From contig OZ296649.1 of the NCBI GenBank assembly GCA_965655095.1, forward strand, positions 27,156,001 through 27,220,000: 64,000 bases of DNA. The letters are read 5' to 3'. Positions 51,866 to 64,000 of the stretch are shown here, one piece after another. The notes under the pieces were generated by a model. It saw nothing but the letters and a program-made list of their open reading frames with translations. It was not told the origin of the DNA and ran no database searches. Positions within the stretch are counted from its first letter, which is position 1. Each line of letters opens with the position of its first letter. The DNA comes from Haplodiscus bocki. Its lineage: Eukaryota. A program made the position numbers and the translations under genes.

Positions 51866-53757
51866 GCTACTGTTCTATGTTGGATCGATACTAAATAAAT
51901 TTTTCCAGTAAAATCATGAATTATGAAAATATTGCAACAAGTAGCTTTCCGTGTTTTTTAAGATGTGCAAAAAGCTATCTAAGGTATGCATATTATACGT
52001 TGCGTGGCTCAAAATGGAGATATTTCAGCATTATAGTGGAATGGTTAAATGCTTGCATTTTGAAAAATCAGTAACTTTCAGATGCTTTTTGGAACTATTT
52101 GAAATGTGAGCGATATCAAGATGAATTTGAACATATTTTCTAATGGCAATTTTTGAGCCTAATTGTTAGATTTGTCCCAGAGTTTTATCGCAACAAATGT
52201 TTAATAATTTCTAATGGTCAACTATTATTACCTAAATTGAAAGGTATTCGATAGGATATAAAATATAAACATGAATAGAAACATGACAATAGAGCGAATA
52301 AAGACCCTCTAGGCGAGTAAACAGCTACAGCAGCATTAAGTTTAAAATTTGGTCTGATTCGAACCCGAAATTTAACGTCAATTTTCCCAAAGACTGTTAT
52401 AGATAGAGCAAAACGGTTTTCACCAATGCAAACTAAATGCCAGAGAGAAAAAGTTGGGTGATTTTCATCGCATTCTGAAAATTAAAAGTTGTCGAAAAGT
52501 TATAACGAAAGTTATTTCGGTCCGGAAATCAGTAAAGTTGCGAATTCGCAGTTCAGTTGCAACTTTAGAAGCGCATAAACTAAAAGCGGAGTGAAAACAA
52601 ATTCTTATGACTCCAAAAGGAATACAATAGGGAATTTGGAGTGATTTTTGACCGCGCGCACGGCTTCCACCACGCCACGTATTAGCATACTTACGTTCCC
52701 GCCACACAAAATGAGTGGCTTTTTCAAGTAGTCCTCAATGTTTGCATGCCTATTTCTCAAACATAAAGGAAGATTTTGACAAGTATCCATAGGAAAGCTT
52801 AAGTTTGGAATATGAGCAAAATAGATAGAAATTAAGGTAGTGAGAAATTGTTGCCAACGAAAAGTTTGGTGAATTGCGTTCAGTTGAAAATTTCTTCTGA
52901 ACGAACCACACATCAGAAAAAGCTGAGATTAGTCTTAAACGGAAGGTGTTTGGATGGACTAGTGTCCCTGAAAAATGAATCGTTTATATTCATTCATTTT
53001 AGAGAACGAAGGAAGAAATGGCCAAAAAACGCCCAAAATTGCCTAGAATAGTAAAAAATTGCAGTTTTTCGCCTATTGGTCAGCGAATATCCAATGGCAA
53101 TCGACCGCATTACTAGCAATCGAAAGCTTATCAATAGGAGGAAATGGAAAACAAACAGAAGAACAAGTGTAACAAGGTACACGTGGCCGCCCCATAAAGT
53201 TACAACTGGGTAAAATCACGGTTTTTGGAAAATGTCGACTTGCAAAACGGCTACCGCCCCCACCCCGCAGGCTAGAAGAGATAGGAAGCTCAAACTTTAA
53301 CACAATGTTGTTAACAACATCCCCTAATAAGTGTTCAAAAGATATTTTTGGAAGTTTTGCCTGTACGTTGAGAAAATCGACTTTGTAGGTGGACCCTTGT
53401 TGTACAAAATGGCCAAAATTGGTACTTTCGTGGGAAACTGATTAACTTTTTTTTGGCCAGCTAAAAAGCTCACCTTCTCGGTAAATAACTCCTGTTTGAA
53501 TGCACTAACAGAAACTAATCACCTCTGCCCTGGGACAAGTTTATACGTTGACAAAACTGACCTCAAGTGACTAAAAATCGACTTTTCGGATATGGAAAAT
53601 TGACTACTTGCAGAACTCACTTTTTCCTACCATCTTATTTGAAAATAAGTATAACAAAGTATGTATTGCCAAAAACTACATTACAAACCGCGTGTAATGG
53701 TGTGCTCACTTTATATCCCCCCTTCCCCCGCGTTAATGATGGATATAATTATTGAAT

Positions 53758-54373
53758 TGTAGACAGACATCATACCTTTTTTCGGACATGAGTAATAGAC
53801 CTGGAACAGAACAAAAAGTGATAATATCGGAGACGAGTAAAACGAATGACTAAAATGATTAACTAGATGAAAATACGCGAAGAGGGACGAAAAAGTGAAG
53901 TGTTAGGCGCACAAAGTTAGTTGAAATCTAGAGAACGGTTCGCTTCTTTGCTGTCAACCGATGAAGTACGAGTCTTTGTGTCCGGGACTAAAGATTGCAG
54001 TTTTACTTGATCAATCTTTGTTAGAGAGTCAGGGACTTTTTAACTTTAGATTGTTATCCGGGATCATAGTCTGTCGTCTTGACAGAATTGGTAAGTGGGA
54101 CCAGAGTTTTAGATGTTTTAACGCCGTGAGACGCGGGTTAGAGAACTCTTGGTGCCCCAGCATTGGCTGAACCGTGGATTAGTTGGGAATAGCAGTACAG
54201 GAATGTTTCGCTTCACTCCAAGATTTTTAGAGAATGGCGGCGAGTTAATACAATACAACTTCTTTGTTTTCTCAACCATTCGTTGGTTGAGTACCTTTCA
54301 ATTCTTTCGTTCGGGATTTCTTCTTGCTGCTGTAACCCCTAGTGATCTGATTTATTTATTGGTTCTGTGAACA
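53758..54373. mobile_element. Probable solo LTR (about 616 bp)
   Basis: TGTAGACAGA ... TCTGTGAACA (inverted termini 8 of 10); flanks gaat/taat; composition differs from flanks; no coding content. Confidence 0.45.
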
Positions 54374-54379
54374 TAATGT

Positions 54380-55400
54380 TACTCAAAGTATTATCCACTA
54401 ATACATATTATTCAGTAATAAAAATATCAATCAGTGTTGTTTTTTATTCATTGTGATTGTATTATTCTAATACTTTGTGTGATTTAGTCGACTTTGAGAT
54501 AATTTCCCAGGAGAGAACATTTTGTTCAACAGTCAAGAGCTACGAGAAACCCCTTGAAAGAAAAATCAATATAGAACCGCGTTTCTTAGCGCATCTTACC
54601 CCCAGTGCTTCCTAATTGTTGGACTTGTCTTTTTTTTCAGAGTTTTAAATTTTTTGTGGATGCTCCGCCGATCTCCCGCCTCGTGGATCTGGTACATGCG
54701 TTTAATGGAGTAGTAGTGGAGCAATTTGAAAAGAGAGTAGAAAAACTCCTCAGTAATTCTTCTTCGCTGATTGTTAAAGCTACTTTTCAAATTGTTAAAG
54801 CTACTTTTCCAAATTCTACACTAGTCAAGTTTGAAAACCTGCGCAGTGTAATTTCCAGGTGTAATCAAGACCGTCCGTTTCCAATATCACTGTTGTAATG
54901 CAGTTTGTTTCTTTGGTTCGTCTATCCGCATTTCTCAATAAATTTCTCAATTAATAGGCGAATATATTCATCAGGTTGAATACAACCCAATAAAACGTCG
55001 GTTTCATCAAAAATGACCTTTGCAGTCAACTGCGAGTTTGCTTTGATGGTGGGATGTTGGTGATATTGGTGTTAAATACTGTGATATTGGTGTTCAATAT
55101 TAATTTTTATAAACTTGAATAAGGACTTAATAATAATGTGTTTTCTCCTTCTAAATGAATGAAGGTGGTGAGTTTTTTGTTTGGAAAAAAATTGTCTCTA
55201 CGAGAGGTGTGTCCTTTCTTCTCGGCTTGTTGAAGCTGAACATTATATAGATCTTTTGTACCATGGTGTGTTGAAGCTCGTTTTTGACAGTATTCGATTA
55301 GCTTCCCGTTGCCAAAAATCTGTGAGGAATTAGGTCATGTGAAAAGTATCATTGCTGTTGTTATCAGTATAGTTCAAATTATTGTGTATCTTTCACTACT
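54380..55400 (-). mobile_element. Possible second Penelope-like remnant
   Basis: Weak: AKVIFDETDV (yvDD-like) and KFKTLKKKTSP linker-like text. Confidence 0.25.
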
Positions 55401-57449
55401 TAATTTCCTAACAGCTAATACTCTGAGGTTCTTAATAAGCGGGACCCCCTACGTAATGTCAAAGAGCTAAAAATGCCGACCCTTGCACCAATCGAAACCA
55501 CCTTTATTAAAAAGAGAAGATACAGGTGTGTATCACTGAAACTTTTATTTGTTTTTCTTGGTAAATTCACGTACTTAAATTCCCACAAAGTGTCCAAACT
55601 TTTACTGTTTTAAGCGAGAACTTTCTTCATAACATGGTTTCTTCGAGCGGAATTGAATGAAAAGTTTCAAAATACATCTTTTCCTGAAAAGTAAATCAGC
55701 CTTGTTTGCAATATAAATTGGGACCCTGTGTTTAGTTGAACTTCCCTCTTTGTCCAACGGAAAGAAAATAGACCCTCGATAAATATAACCCTCCCGCTTA
55801 TTTAGAACCCCAAAGTATGCTGTGCGTGGAAAGTTTGAACACTATTTTTTCAGTAATGAATTGGAAAAATGAGATATTCTGATGAGTTGGAAGAATGCAC
55901 TGGTGAAAAGTCTCTTAATTGAAATTTATAATTAGTTTTCAGTCATAATAGTTTTTGGAGGGGTTAATCGCTCTCTTTAAATTAATCCATTCCCGGCAAG
56001 TTTTAAACTTCATCTTTTGTGATTCGTATGTAATCTGAACAAAGAACAGCGTTTGTAAAACACATTGAACGACAATGCTTTTTTTACATATTCTGACTCA
56101 AGGAAAATTGAGTGTTGAAACTGGCTAATGCTTAGCTTTTGAATCGGCGCTAATGAACAAACCTCATTTTGAATCAACTCAATTTTTGTACAGAGTTGCT
56201 TTTTTGTATTTTTCTGACAAATTGTTTTTTAATGGTACGAATTTTACCACATATTCCAAACCTATTAACATCAAAAAAACTTTGATATCCATCTTTGCGT
56301 GTACCAAAATTTTATGAGAAGCCAAACACGAAAAATTTTCGTGATACCAGTTTTGCATAAATTGGAAAATTCAAGTGATACCGGCCACTCGATTGTCCAC
56401 CATTTTTGCTAGCGGGCTTTTTGGCTGAAGTAATTAACCGTTAAACTCGATTTTCCGCGGACTTCGACCAACTGATTGCATTTGGGACGTTTCATTCCCA
56501 ATTCGATGTTGAAATTCGGGCCCATTCTCAATTATCCGCCTGGAAATTCTGCGAATATACTGATGGAAAATGGAAGTAATATTCAATATCCCTTTAGTAA
56601 GGAGTTTTTTTTTCACAGTACCTAAACTATTCAGAACATTAAGGGTTCCCCCTGTGAGTTTTTTAGACTCCACGATGGTGCCACTCTGACCTTTTTGTGG
56701 CTGGTTTATCCTGTCCACAACTCTCATTTTTTACGTCGTCAAAAAGTTTGGCGGTGTAGTGAAAACGGTCAAAGACAACCTTTTCGAAACATTTGGCAGG
56801 TTTTTGTTTATTTTAGTGCTGCAAAATATGCCAGTTTTTTAAAACATGTATAATAAAAATGAACAACAGCCTCCTAAAAGGTCAAGTTATTTATATCAAT
56901 GTTTTGAATGCGAAAATTTTGGTGGTATATCATGCCTTTCCGAGTTGTTCACAGTGTAAACGTCCTAAACATTGGGCAGCAAATTGGCGCAACCTGAAGA
57001 AGACATGATTGACATATCATTTTTGTATTGAGGCAGTGTGGCAAAAACTTGTTCGTTTTCGTGTTTTTTTTTACTCTGCATACTTAAACATTGGGCTTCA
57101 AACTCGCGAAACCTAGAAGGCCATGATTGATAGATTGAATGTATGAATGTGAGGCTTTGCGACAGTTAATAGTCTCTTTTCAATTTTTCCGAACTAACAT
57201 TAGATTGACAGCTAGTGTAGTGCCTATCACATCTCCGATCATGTTTCAAATGTGTCAGGATTTTCGATGGGTAATTTTTACCTTTGATCTCAACTCACCA
57301 TTTAAAATGTGTTGCGAACTTCGCTTCGGCTCTGTGTTGAGATAGACTCTATTTCGCTTGTTGAAAATACAAAATCAATGTTATTTACAAAGCAAAATAC
57401 TGTAAAGGCTAATGATTTGAAACAATGAGTAAAACGTTTAGAGGTTAGG

Positions 57450-58800
57450 TTTTTGAAGAGTATAGTTACTTAAATCGAAAATCGTTTAAACATTTTTTTT
57501 ATCGTATTCACGTCTCTGTATTTCCTGATTTAGTTTCTTGATGAAGAAATGTTTGACGTTTTTCTTGACCGTTAGATTGGTATACTTTTTAACATTTATA
57601 CTGGCTGGTAAACTGTTCTACACAGGAATTACTTTATAGAACAAACTGTCGCATGAAATCCGCATAAAGAATCAAAGTAAAGGTTTCTTGTACTTTTGTG
57701 TTCCTTAATTTTAATTAGTACACCTTGTAATTTCAAGTTGTTGATGAAGGCAATAACAATTTTTTTTCTCTTTTCAGAAATACGATTGAACTCGTGCACT
57801 CATTAATAGTTCAATTGGTAGAATATGGTGTTCTTTTTAGATCGGGTGTGCGTTCGAATTTAGTTTGCTAAAAACATGCCATAAGGCCTCAATTTAATTG
57901 TTTCTCGAGTGATATAATTTTCCGAGCTTCCGTTGTATATTCGTCAGGATAATAATGCAGATGCCTCATAGCCCAGGTGTTCAGCAGCAATAAGCGGATT
58001 TCTTTGAGAAATGAGTCAAGTAAAGAGTACCTTGACTTGATTCCACACGCCATTTTACGTAAATTTTCACTTCATTTTGAAATGTGAGGTTTCGGTCTGA
58101 GTAAATGGCGAGGTGTTGGGCTAATTGTTTAATCTTTCACTTTCAGTTGTTCGGTTTTCATACTTTTCATTCTTCGATGCTTTGTTGGAGATTATGAAAT
58201 CAGTTTTTTCCGTGCTTACGCTGACGCAATTACTCGAAAAAGGACATTCCTTTAGATAGATTTGCCTTTAATTCTTCTATTGCTGATTTTGTTATTTAAT
58301 AGAGGTGAAGATCATTGCGTCGTCGGTATATTGCATTCGCTGATAATCGCTGTTAACAATATTAATCAAGTTATTGACGTATTTATTGAAAAGAAGAGGA
58401 AGGAGTATAGTCCCCTGAGGAACACCTTGAAAGTTGAATCCAATCTGAATTACTCGAAGGAAGTATTACCTTTCGGTTCCGCTCGCAAATGTAACGCAAT
58501 ATCTTTGAGGTGGTATGTGTATTGAATTTTATCATTTTTTGGAGTAGGATTTTCGGTGAAACAGAATCAAACGCTCTTGAATGATCGATCATTTTTCATA
58601 AGATGGACTTTCTGTGAACCAAGCCGGACAACTATGCTCGGCTGAATAAAAGGCCAATTCCTGAGTAATTACAAAATGGCGCATGATCTCAACAAATTTT
58701 ACCGTGAATTACGTAGTATTTTGCTTTTGAGAATTAGCTTCATCCTTAATACATGGTAATATATACTAAATACAAATGACTTTAGCATAGAAATTGACGG
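57450..58800 (-). mobile_element. CR1/L2/Jockey-group LINE RT fragment
   Basis: IDHSRAFDSVSPKILLQK (D.sKAFD.V), SDWIQ..VPQG-like, QYTDDAMIF (YADD motif, about 58310-58335). Confidence 0.75.
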
Positions 58801-60254
58801 CTTGATGTAACATTTGTCAAAATTTTGTAACAAGACTTGAAGAATACGCGTAAGTAGCAGCTCTCAATCATTTCTGGGTCTGGAAAACAATTAAGCACTC
58901 AAAAAAACAAGTTGTACTTACAGGACAAGACTTGGACACTACCGTGATTTACTAGACCTCGTTAATTTTTACAAGACTTTGGGTTATTTATTACGCTTGC
59001 GCAAAAAAGTGTTATATCACCGTCTTCTGCCGACTTTTTTCCGATCCGTTCATAACTCGCATTTCTTCCTATATTTTGATCAAAGAGAAGGGAGTAGTGT
59101 TCTGGGCTCTAATCTAGGACCTTTCGCGCGCCGGTGTCAAATGCTCTACTGACTGTGCCATCGCCGCTTGAGGATCACCATTGCCATTTGAAATATGAAC
59201 CAAATGAAATTTTATAGCGTTTCTTACTTGTATTCGTTTGCGCAAGTGTTGCGAGGCACAACTTTGCGTCTGTGTGCTCAAAGTCGTTGAATTTTAGATT
59301 TGAATTGAAGTGCTGCCTTTTATGTTTCCTCCGGAGAAGCAGAAAGTCAAAAAGCGGAAAAAGCAAAAGCAGTAGTAAGTTGGAAAACGATTAATTCATT
59401 GGTCGTTGCCCTGGGAGGTGGAACTCTGATTTTTGTAGAAATAATTCAACCAAAACTTTCAGTACAACAGAAAAAGGGGTTCCACACTTGTTGAAAAACT
59501 GTTGCTTCTTGGTGTCATAGGAACGATCTTGTGAATTGAGCTGTCGTGTTTCTTTTTTGTTCTCCAGAAGTGAACCTCGAAGATTGACTATTAGTTTGAT
59601 TTTGGCCAATTTTGACAAAGAATTTTTTTTGTCAGTTGGATTTTGGTCATTCTGATTCCCATTAAATCGATAGCTGTATATAGAAACGATGTCATTAAAA
59701 AGATTTGCGCGTCTGAATGAAGAATGTGTATTGAAGCCGTGAAGCCGGCTGACAGTCAGTTGTTAAATCTTCTTCAAAACTAGCTTTTCTGACGTCATAA
59801 GAGCGGCTGGTCATCCAGTGTAAACAATCAACAGGCCGGGAATGGCATCAGTCGGTGCCGCCCGTGTGGTTCAGAATACTCATTGGACGGAGTTGATTTT
59901 GATATATGAAAAATTGTATTTTGATATATTTTTTGGTATAAAAAAATCCATGCTGGAATTCGAACCCACTGCCTGTCGATTCGTTAGATTTTATAAGCAG
60001 GTTTCAGGAAAAGTTGGAGTTCCATTGTTTTTTCAAAAATAGGTAGATTTTTGTTATATTTTCTGGTATAAAATGTGCAAAAATGTAGCTTACACCGGGG
60101 TTCGACCTAGATACCTGTGGCTTCGGGACCCTTTTGTCTTACCCAATGGGCCGTATAAAATATTGAAACTTTTTTGAAAAAACATTCGTTACGCGATGAG
60201 TTCTTCAATCTTGGAAGAGGAAACTAAGCACTATAATAATTGAGCTTTTCAGTG

Positions 60255-60660
60255 TAATTTCTAAACCAGTGTAAAAATCAGCATTTTTGAAGCTCGGAGT
60301 AATAGGTTTAGAGAAAAATTGGAGCCCCAAAATTTTGAGACACCGATGTTTCATCATTTTTCATGACTTTGCACTTTTTGAAGACTTCGAAGGGCTAAAT
60401 GGACAAATAATTTGAATTTAATTCAACTGAACTTTTGCAAGCCTCACAAAGCCATAATAAGCATATTCGGACCGAATTGCATTCTCTTTGAGAAAGCTCG
60501 TTCTTCCAAGATTGTGATGTCTTGATATCCAAGCATTAAAAGTCCAAAATCTCAATCGTCAAAGTAGATCGAAAAACTCATTGTGCACCGTTTTACAGAA
60601 CTTTGATTCTCTCCTAAAACTTTTGACCTTAGCATTTTTCTGAGATCTAAACTCCGAAAA
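60255..60660 (-). repeat. Inverted homologue of repeat 17270-17770
   Basis: See 17270-17770. Confidence 0.7.
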
Positions 60661-61527
60661 AGATGGAACTTTTTATAACTGAATGCCTAGAAAATTCGCT
60701 TCAGTTTCGTAAACTTCAAAGGATCTAATTTACAGAAAATTTTAAAAGTGCTTTGGGAGAGATTCAAAAGCTAAAAAATAGTGTCTGAACTTGTGTGAAC
60801 TTTTTCGTATCTTGTATTTTGAGATCTTTGGGAAAAACCTCAAAGTTGTCAAAATAGGACAACGATTGGTGCAATTTCTAAACAAAAACACTTATAAAGT
60901 TTCTTAAACTTTTGCTTTTTCTGATTAAATATTTGTGCTTTGAAAAAATAAGCCCCAACGTTGTCGTTTTTTTGTTCAGGAGCTCACTTCATTAAAATCA
61001 GTTCTGTAGTATTGCTCAAAGAGTCAATCACATCTCCGATCATGGTTTCAATTGTTTTTCGGAATTTTCGATCTCAACTGGTTAGTCAGAATGTTTTGCA
61101 GTGTTCCGCTTCGCCTCTTTGTCTTAATTACTAATATTTCATTTTTGTCCATCGAGCCCTCACGCTAAAGCCATTTGTTAAACTGTTTTCAGAAATTTCA
61201 ACAATTTTTTGTTCTGAAATACTCAATTCATTGTTTTTGGTCGAAAGCTAACAATATTCGGGACGGAGCTAATTTTCAGTATATTTTTCAGTTTTAGTTA
61301 TTTCAGGAATTGAAGTTAATGCGAAGGGAGAACTTGTGGATTTTGTAATAGGGCTCCTCAATAGGACTTACCCCGAATAGGAAAGAATCAGTTACCACCC
61401 GTTCAATGATAACATTTTATAGTTATTATTTCCTGATACTTTTTGCCATCTGGGGCTTTCGTTAATGTTAATAAACGAAGGCGTATCAGACTGGACGATA
61501 TATTCAGTTTTTGTGCAACTGTTGTAG

Positions 61528-61789
61528 GTGCAAGCGGCTGAGGTTGAGATCCGAGACCTGCAGAGCGAGTTTGAGAACGAGAGGCGCGACTATCTGGAGA
61601 CGATTCGGAGTCAGGCCAAGCAGATGCAGTTGGTGGAGGCTATTTTGGAGAAGATGCAGCCGCTCATTCAGAGAGACTGCAACTATTTTAATTTGCGCAA
61701 AATCAAGGAAGATGCCAAATTTGACATTGACTCTTCTTGTTGGAAACTACCTGACATCCAGATGACCAAAACTAACTTGCCCAGTCTTG
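61528..61789 (+). CDS. KIF17: Kinesin-2 (KIF17/OSM-3-like) tail exon
   Basis: ttgtag acceptor, gtaggt donor; VQAAEVEIRDLQSEFENERRDYLETIR..QPLIQRDCNYFNLRKIK..WKLP..TKTNLP, close to KIF17 LRAAEVEIKDLQSEFQLEKIDYLATIR..QPLIRRDCNYSNLEKI..WKIP..TKTSLP; phase 0 matches exon 35472-35709. Confidence 0.95.
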
Positions 61790-62109
61790 GTAGGTGTCCT
61801 GCGTATTTTTTCCTCATTTTTTAATCAAGTCATGTTTGTTTTCCTGATTTTTTGGTACTTTGATTGGTTTACACGATAAAAGTAGACAAGATAAAGGAAA
61901 GATTTGTGTGGTAAATTTGTGTATTTCTATGTGCTCCTGTCCTCTTGATAACTTAGCGCGAATTTCCCTACATTAAAAAAATTCTTGTATTCCTTGAAAA
62001 TAAGATTATATGGTAAAATTTTGGAAAATCTAGGATTTATCTGTTAAATTTGCAGAGATGCGTATAAAAATGTACTTAGTATGTTTTTGAATCGTGTTCA
62101 TTGTTTCAG

Positions 62110-62216
62110 GTCAAGAAAAAGCGGCAAATACAGGATCGTTTTCAAGGCTGGACAGAAGCAACAACAGTTTGCATCAATTGTCCCCTACTGGGGGCGGCAA
62201 TTCACATTCACAGAAG
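62110..62216 (+). CDS. KIF17: Next kinesin-2 tail exon (low complexity)
   Basis: tgtttcag acceptor; phase-1 join G+GT = Gly, open frame GQEKAANTGSFSRLDRSNNSLHQLSPTGGGNSHSQK, GT donor. Confidence 0.7.
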
Positions 62217-63056
62217 GTTTTTTTGTTCATTTTTGTAAAAAAAATCTCACCAGCATTTTCCTGTAAACATTCTTTTGTTTTTGAAGCAGTAAATCTACTC
62301 GCTTTGTAAAATAGCGTATAGTGTATTTCGCGAATTTTTTAAATCATGTATCGGTCGGAACCTGTACTGAAAACTTCTTGCACATTATCTTGTTTTTTTT
62401 TGTGTATTCAAAACTGCTGAGAAACTTAAAAAAAACTAGCAATACTTCAAAAAATCGCTTCTGGGAATAGTTTCACAGTAACTGCTTTTTCCACCACAAT
62501 TATCAGTCGCGATCTAGTAAGTCATTACCGCTTCTCGACCGTGACCTCGAAACCTTACTTTTCGCTTCGGTATTGTTACTTTTTTACGTATCGATGCATA
62601 TTTTTTAAGGGGGAAATACTGAACAAAATTTAAAATGCCAAAGTCAGAAGCTTCTCAAGTGTATGTATGGACCTGAGAGCGCCTTTTTGATAGGTAACAT
62701 CTTGCTGTATTGAATAGTGTTTCAACTGCCGCAATGCTTTGTATTTGTTATTTGTCCGGCCCAGACCCATTTTCCCTTGCGGAGCTCTCTTTTGCCTGTT
62801 CCTGGTTTTCCAGTGATGCCGATAAGATCTCCTTTTCCGGACCTAGTCCGTGCCTAGTTTTCCAGCTTTTGCTGTGTCCTTACCGCTTCGGCGTGTTCTT
62901 GGCATTTCTTCCGCGTTTATCCGAGTCTTGGCGAAGCTGACCCGGTATCCTTCATTCCCCTAAGCAATAGGACACACACGTGAGTACTTAGATAAAACGA
63001 ACTTTCTTTTTCTGATATTTTTGGTTTTTTGATTGCGTTTTCGTGAAGTTTTGTAA

Positions 63057-63536
63057 ATGCCGTGTTCTCACCCTCATTCGCATCTGCCGTTGTACGTCTT
63101 ACCGCATCAAAACCCCCGACCGATCGGTCCGCCGCCTTCTTACGATGAAGCCCGTTCCAGACCGTTGTTTTCGATCTGTTTTTTGACTTTTCTGGTTATC
63201 GTCCAAACTTTCGCGCTGCTGATGATCGTCCTAGCGCTTTGCGGTCTTTCGTACGAAGTAAACCGTGTAAACGTTACTTGTCAAAGCTTTCAAACCTCAA
63301 CAAGTGATAAAACCTTTTTTTACAACAATAATTTTGGTCACGAAAAATGTTCACTTTCTGCATTCCTGTGTCCGTGTTTTCGAATGCCGTTCCTGAAACG
63401 TACATTATACCGTGTTACTTTTGCCAAGCAAAGTTTTTCAAAATTCTTTTGTCGCAACTACCAGATTTTCTGTTCACACCCCATCAAATCAGTATACATC
63501 TTGGCTTGGAAGCAATGCATCATTGGTAACATCTGA
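63057..63536 (+). CDS. Intact 159-aa ORF: Pro-rich N-terminus with PPPSY, one hydrophobic helix, Cys-rich C-terminus
   Basis: ATG..TGA; PPSY motif; LFSICFLTFLVIVQTFALLMIVLALCGL hydrophobic run; NVT sequon; 7 Cys after the helix. Confidence 0.5.
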   Translation: MPCSHPHSHLPLYVLPHQNPRPIGPPPSYDEARSRPLFSICFLTFLVIVQTFALLMIVLALCGLSYEVNRVNVTCQSFQTSTSDKTFFYNNNFGHEKCSLSAFLCPCFRMPFLKRTLYRVTFAKQSFSKFFCRNYQIFCSHPIKSVYILAWKQCIIGNI

Positions 63537-63772
63537 CTGGACAACCTCAGCTCCCTTTTCTTCCCAGCACTCAAACTTCTAGTGTAAAATCAACGTCTGC
63601 GCATTTCTTTCCCCACTTAGCAAACATTTGGCGTTCGCACATTGAATTCCTTTCTCTACATGTGTCAAATCCATCCTTTTTGGGTTTTCCTGAGTGTGCT
63701 GCCATAAACTTCACCTCAAGAAGCATGAACCGACACTAAAAAATTTTTTTTTGTAACGAGAAAGAGATAAAA

Positions 63773-64000
63773 ATGTCAAACTCACCTCCTCCAACGACTC
63801 CTACTAACCAACAAGGACAACAACATTCTCAGACGAATCCAGGTAACTCTGTCGGAAGTAATCACCAAGCCAGCGGGTTAACGAACACCCAGAATTCAAC
63901 TGCCATCGGTGCAAATTTCTTTGCAATGCCAGGCAGTCCACAAGGAGGACGAGGCTTCCCATACGTCACTCCACTCCCTTCATGCCTAATGCCTGAGTCC
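63773..64000 (+). CDS. gag-like ORF N-terminus (76 codons, open to the window end)
   Basis: MSNSPPPTTPTNQQGQQHSQ...FPYVTPLPSCLMPES; no stop; absent from the ORF track, probably because it runs off the window. Confidence 0.5.
   Translation, partial: MSNSPPPTTPTNQQGQQHSQTNPGNSVGSNHQASGLTNTQNSTAIGANFFAMPGSPQGGRGFPYVTPLPSCLMPES

Larger units (their letters stand above)
62700..64000 (+). mobile_element. 5' part of a putative LTR retrotransposon (gypsy-like), running off the window
   Basis: Abrupt shift to GC-richer, undecayed sequence; ..GCAAACA-TT-TGGCG.. at 63620-63633 resembles an LTR end plus PBS; an open ORF from 63773 ends in LMPES, like the MPexFdG start of gypsy capsid domains. Confidence 0.5.

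Noticed and set aside
54770-55100. Two 21-bp tandem duplications (about 54770-54810 and 55060-55100)
   Set aside because: Ordinary slippage duplications in decayed TE sequence

Overview
AT-rich, repeat-dense eukaryotic (metazoan-type, spliceosomal GT-AG introns) genomic DNA; no rRNA, CRISPR or operon-like content was seen. One host gene is recognisable: stalk/tail exons of a kinesin-2 (KIF17/OSM-3-like) gene on the + strand (25203-25384, 35472-35709, 61528-61789, 62110-62216; splice phases agree), with introns of about 10 kb and 25.8 kb. Almost everything else is mobile DNA. (1) A decayed Maverick/Polinton-type endogenous DNA virus on the - strand at about 605-11370 carries a whole virion module (packaging ATPase, retroviral-type integrase, minor capsid, basic core-like ORF, major capsid, adenain-like protease); it is visible only by reading across stops and frameshifts. 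(2) Two GalEa-like Ty1/copia elements have 98-99 bp LTRs, a tRNA-Met PBS and 5-bp TSDs (5776-10382, nested in the Maverick; 46135-51865, with a chimeric internal duplication); both share the same inactivating lesions. (3) An old Ty3/gypsy element lies at 35758-39680. (4) There are CR1/L2-like, REL-endonuclease-type and Penelope-like remnants, a MITE, a probable solo LTR and tandem repeats. (5) At the right edge, a putative LTR element has an intact 159-aa PPxY + transmembrane + Cys-rich ORF upstream of a gag-like ORF. All family calls come from manual translation and recalled motifs, not database searches; boundaries of decayed elements are approximate.
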